Assembly: GCF_964204645.1 (NCBI RefSeq)
Contig: NC_134032.1
Coordinates: 2,502,075 to 2,566,074 of the forward strand
Origin: Tubulanus polymorphus
Taxonomy: Eukaryota; Animalia; Nemertea
Direction of reading: 5' to 3'
DNA length: 64,000 nucleotides
The notes under the pieces were generated by a model. The model was given only the letters and a program-made list of their open reading frames with translations, did no database searches and was not told the origin of the DNA. Of the stretch, positions 27,060 to 38,846 are shown piece by piece. Position 1 is the stretch's first letter, and each line of letters starts with the position of its first letter. The position numbers were made by a program, and so were the translations under genes.

Positions 27060-28199
27060 CGTGAAGTGGCCTAGTTTACAAAGTACAAATGGATTATAAA
27101 CATATCAAAATACGTTCAGTAAAAATGAGACACCACGTGTGGAAAGTTGTTTGTTAATACTTGGTTTTTTGGATTTTATATATAATGCCTCTTTGATGGT
27201 GATTTCAAAGTCAATTTTTCCAGAATCAACGAATGGAAAGTTGTTTTTTAAAGAAAAATGTGATGCACAATTTATACATGATGTTAAATGTTCCTTAATT
27301 GCTGAGGGCGAAGTTCCATGCTCCTTTACCCTTGTGGCCAAATGTCGCATTGTTTTACCAATGTATGTGTTATTTGCATCACGCAAACATTTGAATTTAT
27401 AAATAACATTGGCCAACAAGGGTGAAGGAGTATGGGACTTGAGTGAAAAGTAGTTCCTAATTTTGAAAGAAGTAAAGACAATACGAATATCCACGTTGTA
27501 ATATTGTTTGAATAGACTCTTGAGTTTTCTGCTAAATATGATCGAAGGGAGGCCTATGTAAGGAACGAAAAAAAGTGTTTCGACCTTATCTTCCCTGACC
27601 ATACTAGCGGGAGTATCATCACTACATTATTTTGCTATTCAAAAATCTTCTAAGACACGAATTAAACAAATCTTGTGGGTAGCCATTTTAACGGAAAACG
27701 TTTTTTAGGAAATCCATGGGCAGCCCTCTAGGGCCCACTATGGCTAATTTCTGTTTGGCTTATTTTGAATCTAAGCTGCTAGATGATTGTTCAGGGAAAT
27801 TTTTGCGCCATCGTTATACCTACGTTATGTTGATGATATTTTCTGTGTATTCAGACGTGATTCAATACATGCATCTTTCCTGGAGAAACTAAATGCACTA
27901 CACCCAAATCTTAAATTTACTTCAGAAATAGGGCCGTCTACACTTCCATTTCTAGATACGTATATTTCGCTCCCAGCAACGGATGATGGTACCTTCACTT
28001 CTCATGTATTTAGAAAATCAACTTACACTAGCTTAAATTCTAAACTTTTCAGCTATGTGTCCTCAAAAATGGAAATTTGGTTTAATCCAATGTCTGCTCC
28101 ATAGAGCATATACCATAAGCAGTAGTTGGTTTGTTTTCTCACAAGAAATTGATTTCCTAAAAAACGTTTTCCGCAAAAATGGCTACCCACAAGATTTGT
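27060..28199 (-). mobile_element. Penelope-like retroelement, 5'-truncated with an inverted segment
   Basis: Minus strand 27714-27105: thumb/GIY-YIG (VPYIG, NVIYKFKC, YIGKTMRHLATRVKEH, IKEALYI). Plus strand 27715-28199: RT (MGSPLGPTMAN, YLRYVDDIF, LPFLD, KNGYP). Confidence 0.9.
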
Positions 28200-28420
28200 G
28201 TATCATCATCGACTCGTTTCTGTACTTACTTCTGGCCGCTTGATTTTCAGTCCAGCTCTCCACTTCAGCTATCGAAAAGTCGGGACAAAGTTTGGTCCGA
28301 TTGAACGAACTAGCAAGCGCAGAAATCTTGAAACATTTGTTGTTTCCAACCGGAGTCCAACCACCATTCGCTGAAACTGCATCCGTATGAAATATGAATA
28401 GAAAAGGCCCTTTTATCACC

Positions 28421-28508
28421 CATCTTCCCTCGGCAGGGATTCGAACCTAATGACATCGCAACACTCAGCCACGGCACGAACCACTGCCGCACTAGACTGG
28501 GTGCGTAG
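28421..28508 (-). mobile_element. tRNA-derived SINE-like head (second copy at 38441-38527)
   Basis: On the minus strand, A-box-like tagtgcggcagtgg and B-box ggttcgaatcc; diverged second copy present. Confidence 0.6.
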
Positions 28509-28772
28509 GTACACGCGCAGTTTTGCCGCATAAAAACTTTCGGCACCAATCAGATTGCTCGTTGTTTAATCGATGAGGTAAATTTCACGTAAGAACTATG
28601 AATGGGAAAACCCGAGCTAAAATAAAACGGGATATCTGATTGGCTGATAATGACATCATCTAAGCTGCGCGTGTAATCACCGTGCTTATGAGTGCTATTC
28701 CTTGTTGTAAAACTTGGATGTTTCAAATATTCACAGGCAAAACAAAAAAAGAATTGAGAATGATTTCTTATT

Positions 28773-29297
28773 AGGGAGAGGGAGAGGGAGAGGGAGAGGG
28801 AGAGGGAGAGGGAGAGGGAGAGGGAGAGGGAGAGGGAGAGGGAGAGGGAGAGGGAGAGGGAGAGGGAGAGGGAGAGGGAGAGGGAGAGGGAGAGGGAGAG
28901 GGAGAGGGAGAGGGAGAGGGAGAGGGAGAGGGAGAGGGAGAGGGAGAGGGAGAGGGAGAGGGAGAGGGAGAGGGAGAGGGAGAGGGAGAGGGAGAGGGAG
29001 AGGGAGAGGGAGAGGGAGAGGGAGAGGGAGAGGGAGAGGGAGAGGGAGAGGGAGAGGGAGAGGGAGAGGGAGAGGGAGAGGGAGAGGGAGAGGGAGAGGG
29101 AGAGGGAGAGGGAGAGGGAGAGGGAGAGGGAGAGGGAGAGGGAGAGGGAGAGGGAGAGGGAGAGGGAGAGGGAGAGGGAGAGGGAGAGGGAGAGGGAGAG
29201 GGAGAGGGAGAGGGAGAGGGAGAGGGAGAGGGAGAGGGAGAGGGAGAGGGAGAGGGAGAGGGAGAGGGAGAGGGAGAGGGAGAGGGAGAGGGAGAGG
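28773..29297. repeat. (GGGAGA)~87 microsatellite
   Basis: Direct reading. Confidence 0.98.
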
Positions 29298-29599
29298 AAG
29301 GTTGGGCGAAGATGGTCGAAAGACATCTTGATTATGAATGCCGTCACTATTAAAAGTGATCTTATTAAAGTAAAAATGTAAATCGACGGACAGCTAGAAG
29401 CTCATATCTACCGGACTTTGGCTGGTTCTATTGGTCTACGGGTTAGCACGCTTGCCTTCTACGAACGAGACCCAGGTGTATCATCATCGACTCGGTTCTG
29501 TACTTACTCCTGGCCGCTTGATTTTCAGTCCAGCTCTCCACTTCAGCTATCGAAAAGTCGGTACAAAGTTTGGTCCGATTGAAGGCACGGCCAGTACAG

Positions 29600-29795
29600 C
29601 TCTCAGACAGTCAGTACACTCTAAGACAGACACTACCAGACAGGCAGCCCACTCTCAGACAGTCAGCACACTCTCAGACAGTCAGTACACTCTCAGACAG
29701 ACAGTACACTATCGGACAGGCAGCACACTCTCAGACAGTCAGCACACTCTCAGACAACCAGATACAGCTCTCAGACTGTCAGTACACTCTCAGAT
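29600..29795. repeat. Minisatellite (cactctcagacagtcag-based)
   Basis: Repeated ctctcagacagtcag(t/c)acac units. Confidence 0.85.
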
Positions 29796-29827
29796 AGTAA
29801 TACACTATCATTTGATCCGCATGAATC

Positions 29828-30786
29828 ATGAATTCTTCTCAGATGCAAATTGGTCGACCTTATCTTGGTTACATCGTTCTCATGTCTGTAGTGAACAGGT
29901 CTGGAGTCTACCGTACTGTCTCACTGGTCATTTTGCCCGTCTGGTTCCTGTTAGGAGCATTCGGAAATTCGGCTACTTTCCTGATAATGATTAGTCGCAG
30001 ATTCCGTAGTTTATCGTACGCTAACTACCTGATCGCTTTGTCTGCTCGTGATTTTATGTACTGTATCAATTTCACTCTGATGCCCGTTTTACAGTTTGTT
30101 CTCTATCAAGTTAAAGACTTCTCTATCAAGTTATATTCATGATGAATTCACTGATCAGTTGTCAAATACATGAATTTGTAATGATTCTTGCATGCAGCAA
30201 TAGTTCGTGGTTGATAGTAGCGATATCTCAAGAACGTGCGGCGATTGTGCTCTTCCCGTTCACAACTCGTTTGATATGTACAACGAGATTCGCTAGATTT
30301 ACTATATTGATAATTACTGCAGTGAATTTACTGGTTCTATATCTCACGCCTGTTTTGTCGATGCATTACATCGACCAGTTTTTAGGATGTTTCGGGGAAT
30401 CATTTGAGCAAATAACATATTTCTCTCTGATCGTTGTCTACGTAAACATTCTATCTTTGATTTTGATTCTAACATCAAATTCTGTAATAATCATTCAGTT
30501 ATTCAGAGGTTCAAAAATGGTTTCGTCCGATCAGAAAACAACCAAATCAAAACGTACAACGATAATGCTTGTAACAGTTTCACTCGCTTTTGCAATGTTC
30601 ACTCTTCCGTCCACTATTACTACATATTTACCAATCCCGGTAGAACAGAGAGATTTTCTTTATGACATTTTCACACCGTTTCAAATCTGTAATTATGTGA
30701 TTAATTTTTACATATACCTATTACTGGGACGAGAAATTCGCGAATATTTCTATGCGGAGATTGGCTGTATGAGTTTAGAGAAATAA
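29828..30786 (+). pseudogene. Single-exon class A GPCR with one frameshift at ~30120-30142
   Basis: TM1 GAFGN, TM2 YLIALSARD, TM3 AISQER, TM6 AMFTLPS, TM7 NYVINFYIY; ctctatcaagtta is duplicated at the break. Confidence 0.85.
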
Positions 30787-31716
30787 CAATGCCTGATTTC
30801 AAGTATGGTTCAGACGGTCCTTCCCCTAAACAACGGTGGACTCTGTTTGTTAATTGATAAACTGATATTTCCTGCACATGTTTGCAGAATGTATCACGGT
30901 TCATAACACGTGCGTAGCGATGAACTGGAGTCACGTGAGAGGAATCTAACGAAGCAACTGTCGGTGTTTCCTGAACTCGGACGGCTCGGTGATAACGATC
31001 ACAAACAAACGTGGAGATAGCTGAAAGGAAAATTTAACCTAAATCTAAATTTATCAAGTTTGATTTTGTTTAGGAATTTGTAACCATCTTATACAATCGA
31101 AGTGTAAGCTATTTTACAAATACATAATCTATCCATTACACAACACCTTTGACTGAACTAGTATTAGGATATTAGTTGATATTCGGATTCAGTATTTCCG
31201 ATACCGCGGGTGATCTGAGACCGTTTGGCCGCTTGAAGTGTTTATTGAGTTGTGCTACTTTTAGGCCTACGTGCTTTACTGTTTCAAACGAACACAATAT
31301 AATTGTTGTGTTTATTTACGGACACATGGATTAAAATTCAAACAAAATTTGCAATAGAAAATCCGACACATTGCTATGACACGTAGTACTAAAGATTTGT
31401 TTCTTCGTCCGAAAATAAAATATAACACGAATCACTGCGCGTAGTTAGGTTATGGGTCCTGGCGTACACACAATTTAAAAGGAGTTTATTATGAGAACTG
31501 AAACCTTTGTTTGAGATTGAAAGAGCGATCAGAGTGAGTAATATTAGAAGTGCCGTTTTATCCATAATTATATACGGTGAGTTTGATGTCGAGCATCTCA
31601 ACTGTAATTTCATATCGGTTGTTGAGAAATGATAACAGTTGATAGACGGGTGCATCGTGTGCGTTTCTGCGCAGTTCACCGAGTAGCATTCGGATTCTAA
31701 ACAACTGGTATCATAA

Positions 31717-32922
31717 ATGAATAATGTTACTATCATCGCCGTTAATACAACCCAGCGACTGTCACACGCTGCTAGGACACCAGCTTTTATTACAGCTTTT
31801 AGAAGTTTTACTAGATGCGCTTATCTTCTCAACTTCTACACATTTACTTTGTTAGTGTTTCCACTCGGAAGTGTGTTCAACTTTCTGACAATAATTCTAC
31901 TGATAAAATGTCGCAGATACCAGACTGTTCGTTACACGTTCCCCTATCTCATAACTCTCGCGTTTTCGGAACAAATTGTTTTATTTATCAAGCTGAGCAA
32001 CTGTCCATATTATTTGAAATACATCCTGGTTAAATTCCAATTTTACCCGAAAATATGTGGAGATAACTATATGACATTGTCGAAACATGGCAAACTGTGT
32101 TCATCATCATTGTACCATTTCTATTATTATTTTCAGTACATTCCTAACAAATTCATTCCAAAATGTTTGTTGGTTAACATATCTTACAACCAAGCAATAG
32201 CAGTATCACACTACATAGTGTTAGCAATTGCTGTTGAAAGATTTGTTTCTATACGTTTTCCATTCTTTCATATGAGATATTTCACCTACAAACGGCGTGT
32301 AATCATAGTATGTGGTGTCATAGTGTTTTCCTGCATAATTAACCTCGATTCTTCGAGTAAAAGCATCTACATTTATCTCAATGCTGTTCGTAGATATAAC
32401 GAAACCTTCACTCAATTCAGTTGCAAGCAGTCTTATAGGATGAACCAATTTCATTATGTCATTATAACAATGGCAAGAGTATTCTTTCAGGAGATATTTC
32501 CGGCCATTGCGGTCATCATAGCATCAATCCTAACTGGTTTATCACGTGCTTAGAAATCTACCATGTTGAATAGAACAGGGGCAGAACGCTTTCGGTCATC
32601 GACCAGTAAAACACTTCTAGTTGTCATTTTAGTCTATATAATTTGTGTTCTACCCAACACTGTCACTAAATTCACGCATAACTTCAACGAATTTCTCATG
32701 TATGTGATCTGGATAAACCATCGTATTAATTTTTATGGATCCCCTACTAGAACGTTTTACCTAATAGTTTTGTGGCGTGAATTAGAAGGAATATTTTACG
32801 GATTTCGAAACGTCTTGTTCTGCGTAAACTTTTTCATATATTTCGGTACGTTACAAGTTTTTAGAAGACTATTTATAAAACTGTTCTACTACAATACTGA
32901 TCCATGTAATAAAATTCAATAG
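31717..32922 (+). pseudogene. Single-exon class A GPCR (paralog of 8684-9933) with one in-frame TAG at 32551-32553
   Basis: Both ORFs are in the same frame; VRYTFPYLIT, AVERFVSIRFPFFHM, SKTLLVV and CVNFFIYFGTL closely match the 9-kb copy. Confidence 0.88.
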
Positions 32923-33394
32923 GAGATGCGAATACTTTGACTTCCGATTATGAAATGCCTACTTCTAAAAACTAGCAACAGCATGCAGAGCAGGTTTCCC
33001 CTAATACAAATATCTAACAACCCGCAAAACCAGCTATCCCGCCAGATGGCGTGAAGAGCAGTAGGTCATCCGTTGTCAAAATTAGTTCATTTTCAATGAA
33101 CTTTGAACTGGATTTTTTGACTCCCAAATCCATATATTATCACAGCATCATCAAATACAAATACTTTCGATCTTTTACTCGGATATTGGTATAATAGTTT
33201 TCTTACATAATTGAGCTCCAGTTACTGATAGATTGATTGAAAACTTACAGTTATGTATCGGTGACGATGGAATAATACATTCAAACGGCAGAATCGACGA
33301 TGCTGACATTTCTGATTTGGCAAAGAGACCTATCCTATTTCGTTGCCAAAGTATCAAAAATTTGTGGATTTGGTGATTTTGAGATCACATTCTT

Positions 33395-35255
33395 GAATTT
33401 TCATCTACGTGTAAATGCTACCATCGCCGATGTACGAACTCGTTATTGAATTCCAGATCTCAGACAGCGCGTTAAAACGTAATTAAAGCCATGTTTTAAA
33501 TGCAAGTGTATTCAGGGTAAACCTTCCACTACATCTGCCTTTGCCTAGCAATCGAGTAGTATCGGTTCTAGCAGTCGAGTAGTATCGGTCCCATATTTCG
33601 ATTACTTAGGCCCTCTTGTGATAAAGTCTGGTCATAGTGAATCGAAATGCTACGCTTGCCTTTTATATGTGTCGACCTATCGGTCGAGCTATGGTGGCTG
33701 ATTCGGGACATGTAAAATTTTTTTTCGTCCTCCACGAAAACGCGCAAAAACAAGTCTGACCGCGCAAAAACAAATATTACCGCGCAAAAACAAACTTATA
33801 ACGCGCAAAAACGAAATAATCCGAATATTTTTTTTAATCGCCAGCGGTCGTGAACTTAAAAAATATTACGCCTGTAGGTATGCTGTCGCCATCTATTAGA
33901 TCAAACAGTTTCTATGTGAAAACTTGTTAGATCTACCTAGTCCCACCCCTCATTAACATACGATTTGAATATAAATTGGAACTGGGTAGAACAATCTGAA
34001 AATAGCTTTTTCAATCTAAACCCTACTATTTAACCCAACTGGTGAAACATTACAAAATGTTCAATAGGGTTAGTCATAGGACAAATAGAGATCTAAACGA
34101 CGTAAAGCAATGTAAACAAACAAACAACGACAAATTTCATTTATTTTTATTAATTCTGTATCTACAAATCTAACGCATGGTCTAATATGGGAATTGTTTT
34201 TTTTTTACTTTAATATAACGTGCACGGTATTTATATCCAACACGTTCGGACCAAGTGCTGCAGATACCAATTCAATGTTCTGCTAGAAATGTCTCTCAGA
34301 AAATGAATCTTTCAGAAATGAAGATAAATATCTGTATTTAAGGTAGAAAACTAGCAGAAAGTTGTGCCGATATTTTTCTTAGTATTTTGAAAGGTTTTGT
34401 GACACCGTAAAAACCGATACGATATGTTAACATACATTAATAACTACCACGCGTTATAAATATGGTTGTGTGTTGGCTGGTGTGCCTACGTTATCAATAT
34501 ATAATGGGGCTAGACTGGTTGCCGGTCAATCATATTCAACTATCGGTATTTTCAACAATAAAACTTCATTGTATTGTGATCAATCGAAGACAATAACAAA
34601 CGATATACGCATATATTTATTCATCAAGGGGTCGTAAACTTGAATCAAGTAAGTTTTTCTTTGAAATCAATTAATACAACCACATAGATTAATCATTTCT
34701 TAAGTTACCGTTTAATCTAATAGATGGCGACAGCGTGACATCATAGTAGCGCGCGTAAATTATCTAAATATATGTTTTTTTCGCGTTACTTGACGACCGC
34801 GAAAAACAAAGTTATAGCGCGCAAAAACGTTATATTCCGTTTTGCGCTTAAAGTTTGTTTTTGTGGGCGCACAGAAACAAATCTTACCGCGCTAAGACGG
34901 AGTATTTCGTTTTTGAGCGTTAAAAGTTTGTTTTTTGCGCGGCAATATTTGCTTTTGCGCGCAAAAGATTTGTTTTCGCGCGTTCTCGTGGACAGAAAAT
35001 TCAGAGATTTAAATACTGACGAGATTATTCTGGCTCTTAAGCGGTGCACTATTCGCCGGTCAGTTCCTAGAAAATGTACATCCGACAATGCATCTACTTT
35101 TACATCGGCCAATGAAGTCTTGAATGAGATAATTACGTCGCATGAGGTTGATAGTTATTTGGCTGAAAATAGAGTTCAACGGGAGTTTATAGTCAAACGT
35201 AGTCCCTGGCAAGGTTTTTTTTTATGAGCGGCTAGTGGACTTGGTTAAAGGCATG
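33395..35255 (+). mobile_element. BEL/Pao LTR-retrotransposon integrase remnant, split by an insertion
   Basis: HLRVNATIADVRTRY*IPDLRQRVK..LKPCFKCK and FDYLGPL, then after the insert DLNTDEIILALKR...SDNASTF...RSPWQG..YERLV. Confidence 0.8.
33709..34999. mobile_element. Non-autonomous TIR element with subterminal cgcgcaaaaacaaa repeats
   Basis: tccacgaaaacgcgcaaaaacaagtct vs agatttgttttcgcgcgttctcgtgga; inner IR ctgtcgccatctatt/aatagatggcgacag; boundaries approximate. Confidence 0.75.
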
Positions 35256-36451
35256 AACAAAAAGATTTTATGCATATTACTTGCTTTATTTAAACTTACT
35301 TTATTTACTTGCATTACTGGTATTTTTGTCATTCGGGAACAAAACTTCCCTCCCGCATCTGCTCTATAAGTCTCGGGTTTAGCTTTTTATTTCAACTTTT
35401 TATTAAAAAAAAAAAACAATAAAAGTAAAATTCGCCCGCCCTCGTCATAGAAGAGAATCTGATGAGAAACTAGGGTATTTCTGTGTGGCCTAACAGACTT
35501 GAGCCATTTATTAATTACTGTCAGTAAGTCAGATTCGGTTCGGAAAAAGACACCTTTAAGTATCCACGTCGCGTTTATTAGAGACGTCCGCCCGTCCATT
35601 TAACCCTGGTCTATTCATGGTCTATTCAGACTGCCCATTTTTGCAAATGACACACTCGACGTATGTGTTAAGGAGATGAAGCGAAATATCCCCGACAAAA
35701 ATCGACTTAAGAAGTGCCTCGTTTCTCGATAATTACCGAATCTTTGTGTTCAATATTTATTCACTGCTCGACGATTATGCTATTCCCGAAAGTAATTTGA
35801 ATTGTTTTACAAACAAATTAATTCAAAACCATACATATTGTCATACGAATGAGAGCCATACATGTCTTATACTTCGGTAAAGTTGAGACTTGTAAGATAG
35901 TCTACCCCGAGTGAAGTTTAAAGGGGTGTTCACACGACATCGTTAAGACCGGCCTAAACTTGGTCCGGTCCAGTTTGACCAGCCCAAGCGTTCACACGAG
36001 CAAACAATCCATTCCGAATTTGCCTTTTCCATTTTAGACCGGTTTTTGACGGACCTAAAAGAGCGAACCCAGGTCCGATCCAAATTTTTGAACGGACTAT
36101 TCTGTGGTTGGAACTGGCACGAGGTCCGGTCTAAATCGTATTCTGTGGTATGAATTCAACTGTATTAAACTCGTCACCAATTCGAAATCAAGCTGATCAG
36201 CATAGTTTTTAGATTTCATATAATTTCTATATTGCCTAAACGTTAATTTCTTTACTAACGGATCATTATTTATCTTAAAATCCGAACGTGTATTTCTCGT
36301 TCAAATTTAGACTGTTACCGGTACAACGTTTACATGAAACACATTGATGTCAGATATCACCTTTAAGTGGCCAGCCCTCTCAGAGGGAACCGTGGTAAAA
36401 TAATTATTACCACAGACAACAATACCTGGAAATCTATGACACGCCTAGATG

Positions 36452-36590
36452 CACCCGATACACATCCTCTTCTCCGATACTTTATTAAAGAAGGGTAAAC
36501 CTTCATTCGATAGTCTATCGCCCCGTGTTATAGTATACTATATTATGGTAACCCTTCTTAGATACTCATCGCCAGAAGGGCGAGCGCGTT
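36452..36590 (+). repeat. Left TIR candidate
   Basis: Reverse complement of 61720-61858. Confidence 0.9.
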
Positions 36591-36840
36591 AACACTCGGT
36601 CGTTTATTCTGGGATTCGAACATCAACAGTATTGGCCGTAAATCGGTCGACATTCTGCATTTTTAGTGAACGTGGCGCGCGTTACTTTTTTTACTTAAAA
36701 CCCACTGGATCTTACGATACATCGTCGTCGATAAACGTGAATTAAAGTCTATTATTATCTCTAAGTAGATTGATCAAGTAAGTCATTTGCACGTCGTCGA
36801 AGAAGAAAGCCTTACCGTTAATCCAAATGCATTTAATAAC

Positions 36841-37280
36841 GGTCCTCCTTATTACCCGAGAGGGCGAGATCAGATGACGTATTTACCGAGATGACATAAA
36901 GAAATAGGCCTATAACATATTTATTTATTCCCTATCGATTTTAACACTTGAAATCATATTATATCAGTAATAAATGCCTACTGGAGTCATATTTTACATA
37001 TTTTATCGGATATTTTTGTAGAAAAATATCTTTACTGAGATGAGATCGTCGATCAATCAAATCTAATGAAATTTTATTGCTAACTGAGATTACGATTAAG
37101 TCAAATTTTTTTTACAAAATATCCGGAAAAATATGTAAAATATGACTCTAGAAGGTATTTATTACTGATGCAACATGATTTCAAGTGTTAAAATTGATAA
37201 GGAATAGTTAAATATACTAGGTTATATTTCAGGTCATTGTCATCTCGGTAAATTACGTCATCTCGGTAATAAGGAGGACC
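36841..37280. mobile_element. Foldback MITE (~440 bp)
   Basis: ggtcctccttattac ... gtaataaggaggacc, with long internal inverted arms. Confidence 0.8.
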
Positions 37281-37804
37281 CTTTTATAATGGAAATCGAA
37301 AATGGGTAATGCATAATGCCTTAGATTTCCGGGCCTAGTATAAATTCCAACTTAGCCTCGGCCTATTCAGTATTTTGCCGACCTTTTCATTATTTTATTA
37401 AATCAAATAGGCAGTGCGCCACCATGGCCGTATACTCAAAGTGCTGCCAGTGAATCACCGCTTTAGGCCTAGTACGGGCATGGCTACTGCATTAATCGCC
37501 CGAAATATTCAGTCGGTGACGACAAACGCCTAGTGAATCACCTGAATCAAACTTGAAATTTTCGGCCGATTATTTTTAGGAAGTGGTTATTTAGCCAGAT
37601 CTGGTTACCGACTTAAAAGATATTTTGCCGGATCCATATATTATGTATAAGTAAAATCATTAGGCCTATATTGGGTTTAGGGTTAGGGTTTTGATAGGGT
37701 TAATGTCAAGAGGGTGAGAAGAGGGTCCAGGGTTTTGTTTCACAACTAGGGATAGGGTTAGGTGGGGCTATATATCTAGTTAAAACATTCGGGTGGTTTT
37801 CAGC

Positions 37805-37876
37805 GAGCTCGGTGGTCTAGTGGGAAGACGCTGCGCTAGGTGAATTTACTGACCCGGATTCGAGTCTCGCTCTGCT
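37805..37876 (+). mobile_element. tRNA-derived SINE-like head
   Basis: A-box tggtctagtgg, B-box-like gattcgagtc; no complete cloverleaf. Confidence 0.45.
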
Positions 37877-38846
37877 TTCTCAAACTCTTTTCTCCATACT
37901 TCCTTCAAGTCGCGCACCTCTGCGCATATGCGGGGAGAAATATCCGGCAAAATATTGTTCAGAAGTCGGTGACCGGATCCAGCTGAATAACCACACCCTT
38001 ATTTTTACACCCGCACTGGACGTATTGAGCCGGTGATTGACGTTTATCAACCAAATAGCCATGGGCCTATGATGCATTTTTTATATAATGAGATTTGTTA
38101 ATTCTCTCCTGCTAAGCAGCGTACACTGTCAGCACTTCGATTTGATCACTTCCCGCTTGAATATCCTCAAATAGCCACCTTTGTCAGTCATTACTTGTAT
38201 CTACGAGCGATCATCTCGATGAATGCTCGTAGCATACGGTGACATACAATAATGTCGCAACGCTACTGTTAGTTCTGATTCTGAGGCAGCTAACATTCTT
38301 ATTTTCTTAGAGATAGGCTATTTACACGAAAAAATTTTTTGAAGGCGTTTGAGGGGGTGCCTAGCCACCCTATTGACCCCCTAGATCCGCCCCCCTGCAC
38401 CCTACACTTAAATCAGTTCTATCAAATCGTAAATAAAAATCATCCTCCCTCGGCAGGGAGTTAAACCTTTTGGCATTGCTACACAGCCACAGCGCGCACC
38501 CCTGCCACACTAAACCAGGTGCCTAGTCAATGTAATACACCATTCCACCTCGGGCACCACTGGAATCCAGTTATCTGTGGTGAGTTTCAAGCTCATTTGT
38601 TTCTATATATGGTCAACAGGGGGCATTGAATTTTGTGACAAGTGGTCATGTTTCCTGAGCCTCTGGTTCAGCTGGTGGACCGCATCTTATAATAGGGGAG
38701 GAAAATAGGCACTAATCCTGGCCCCCGTTGAGTTCTTGAACTGGTGCTTTCCTATTAGTGTACTAATATAACGAAAGACCAGAAAGGCTACATGCAATCT
38801 GATTACTTCTAACCTTTACCAGCACTTATTTTTCAGTCTATCCATC

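Noticed and set aside
28550-29347. RG-repeat and SL-repeat ORFs
   Set aside because: Pure (GGGAGA)n tract.
36337-36360. KHIDVRYH, matching the copia RNase H motif
   Set aside because: Isolated 8-residue match followed by a stop with no other copia motifs; at most a tiny relic.
37672-37762. TTAGGG-like repeats
   Set aside because: Only 2-3 degenerate units; not an interstitial telomere.
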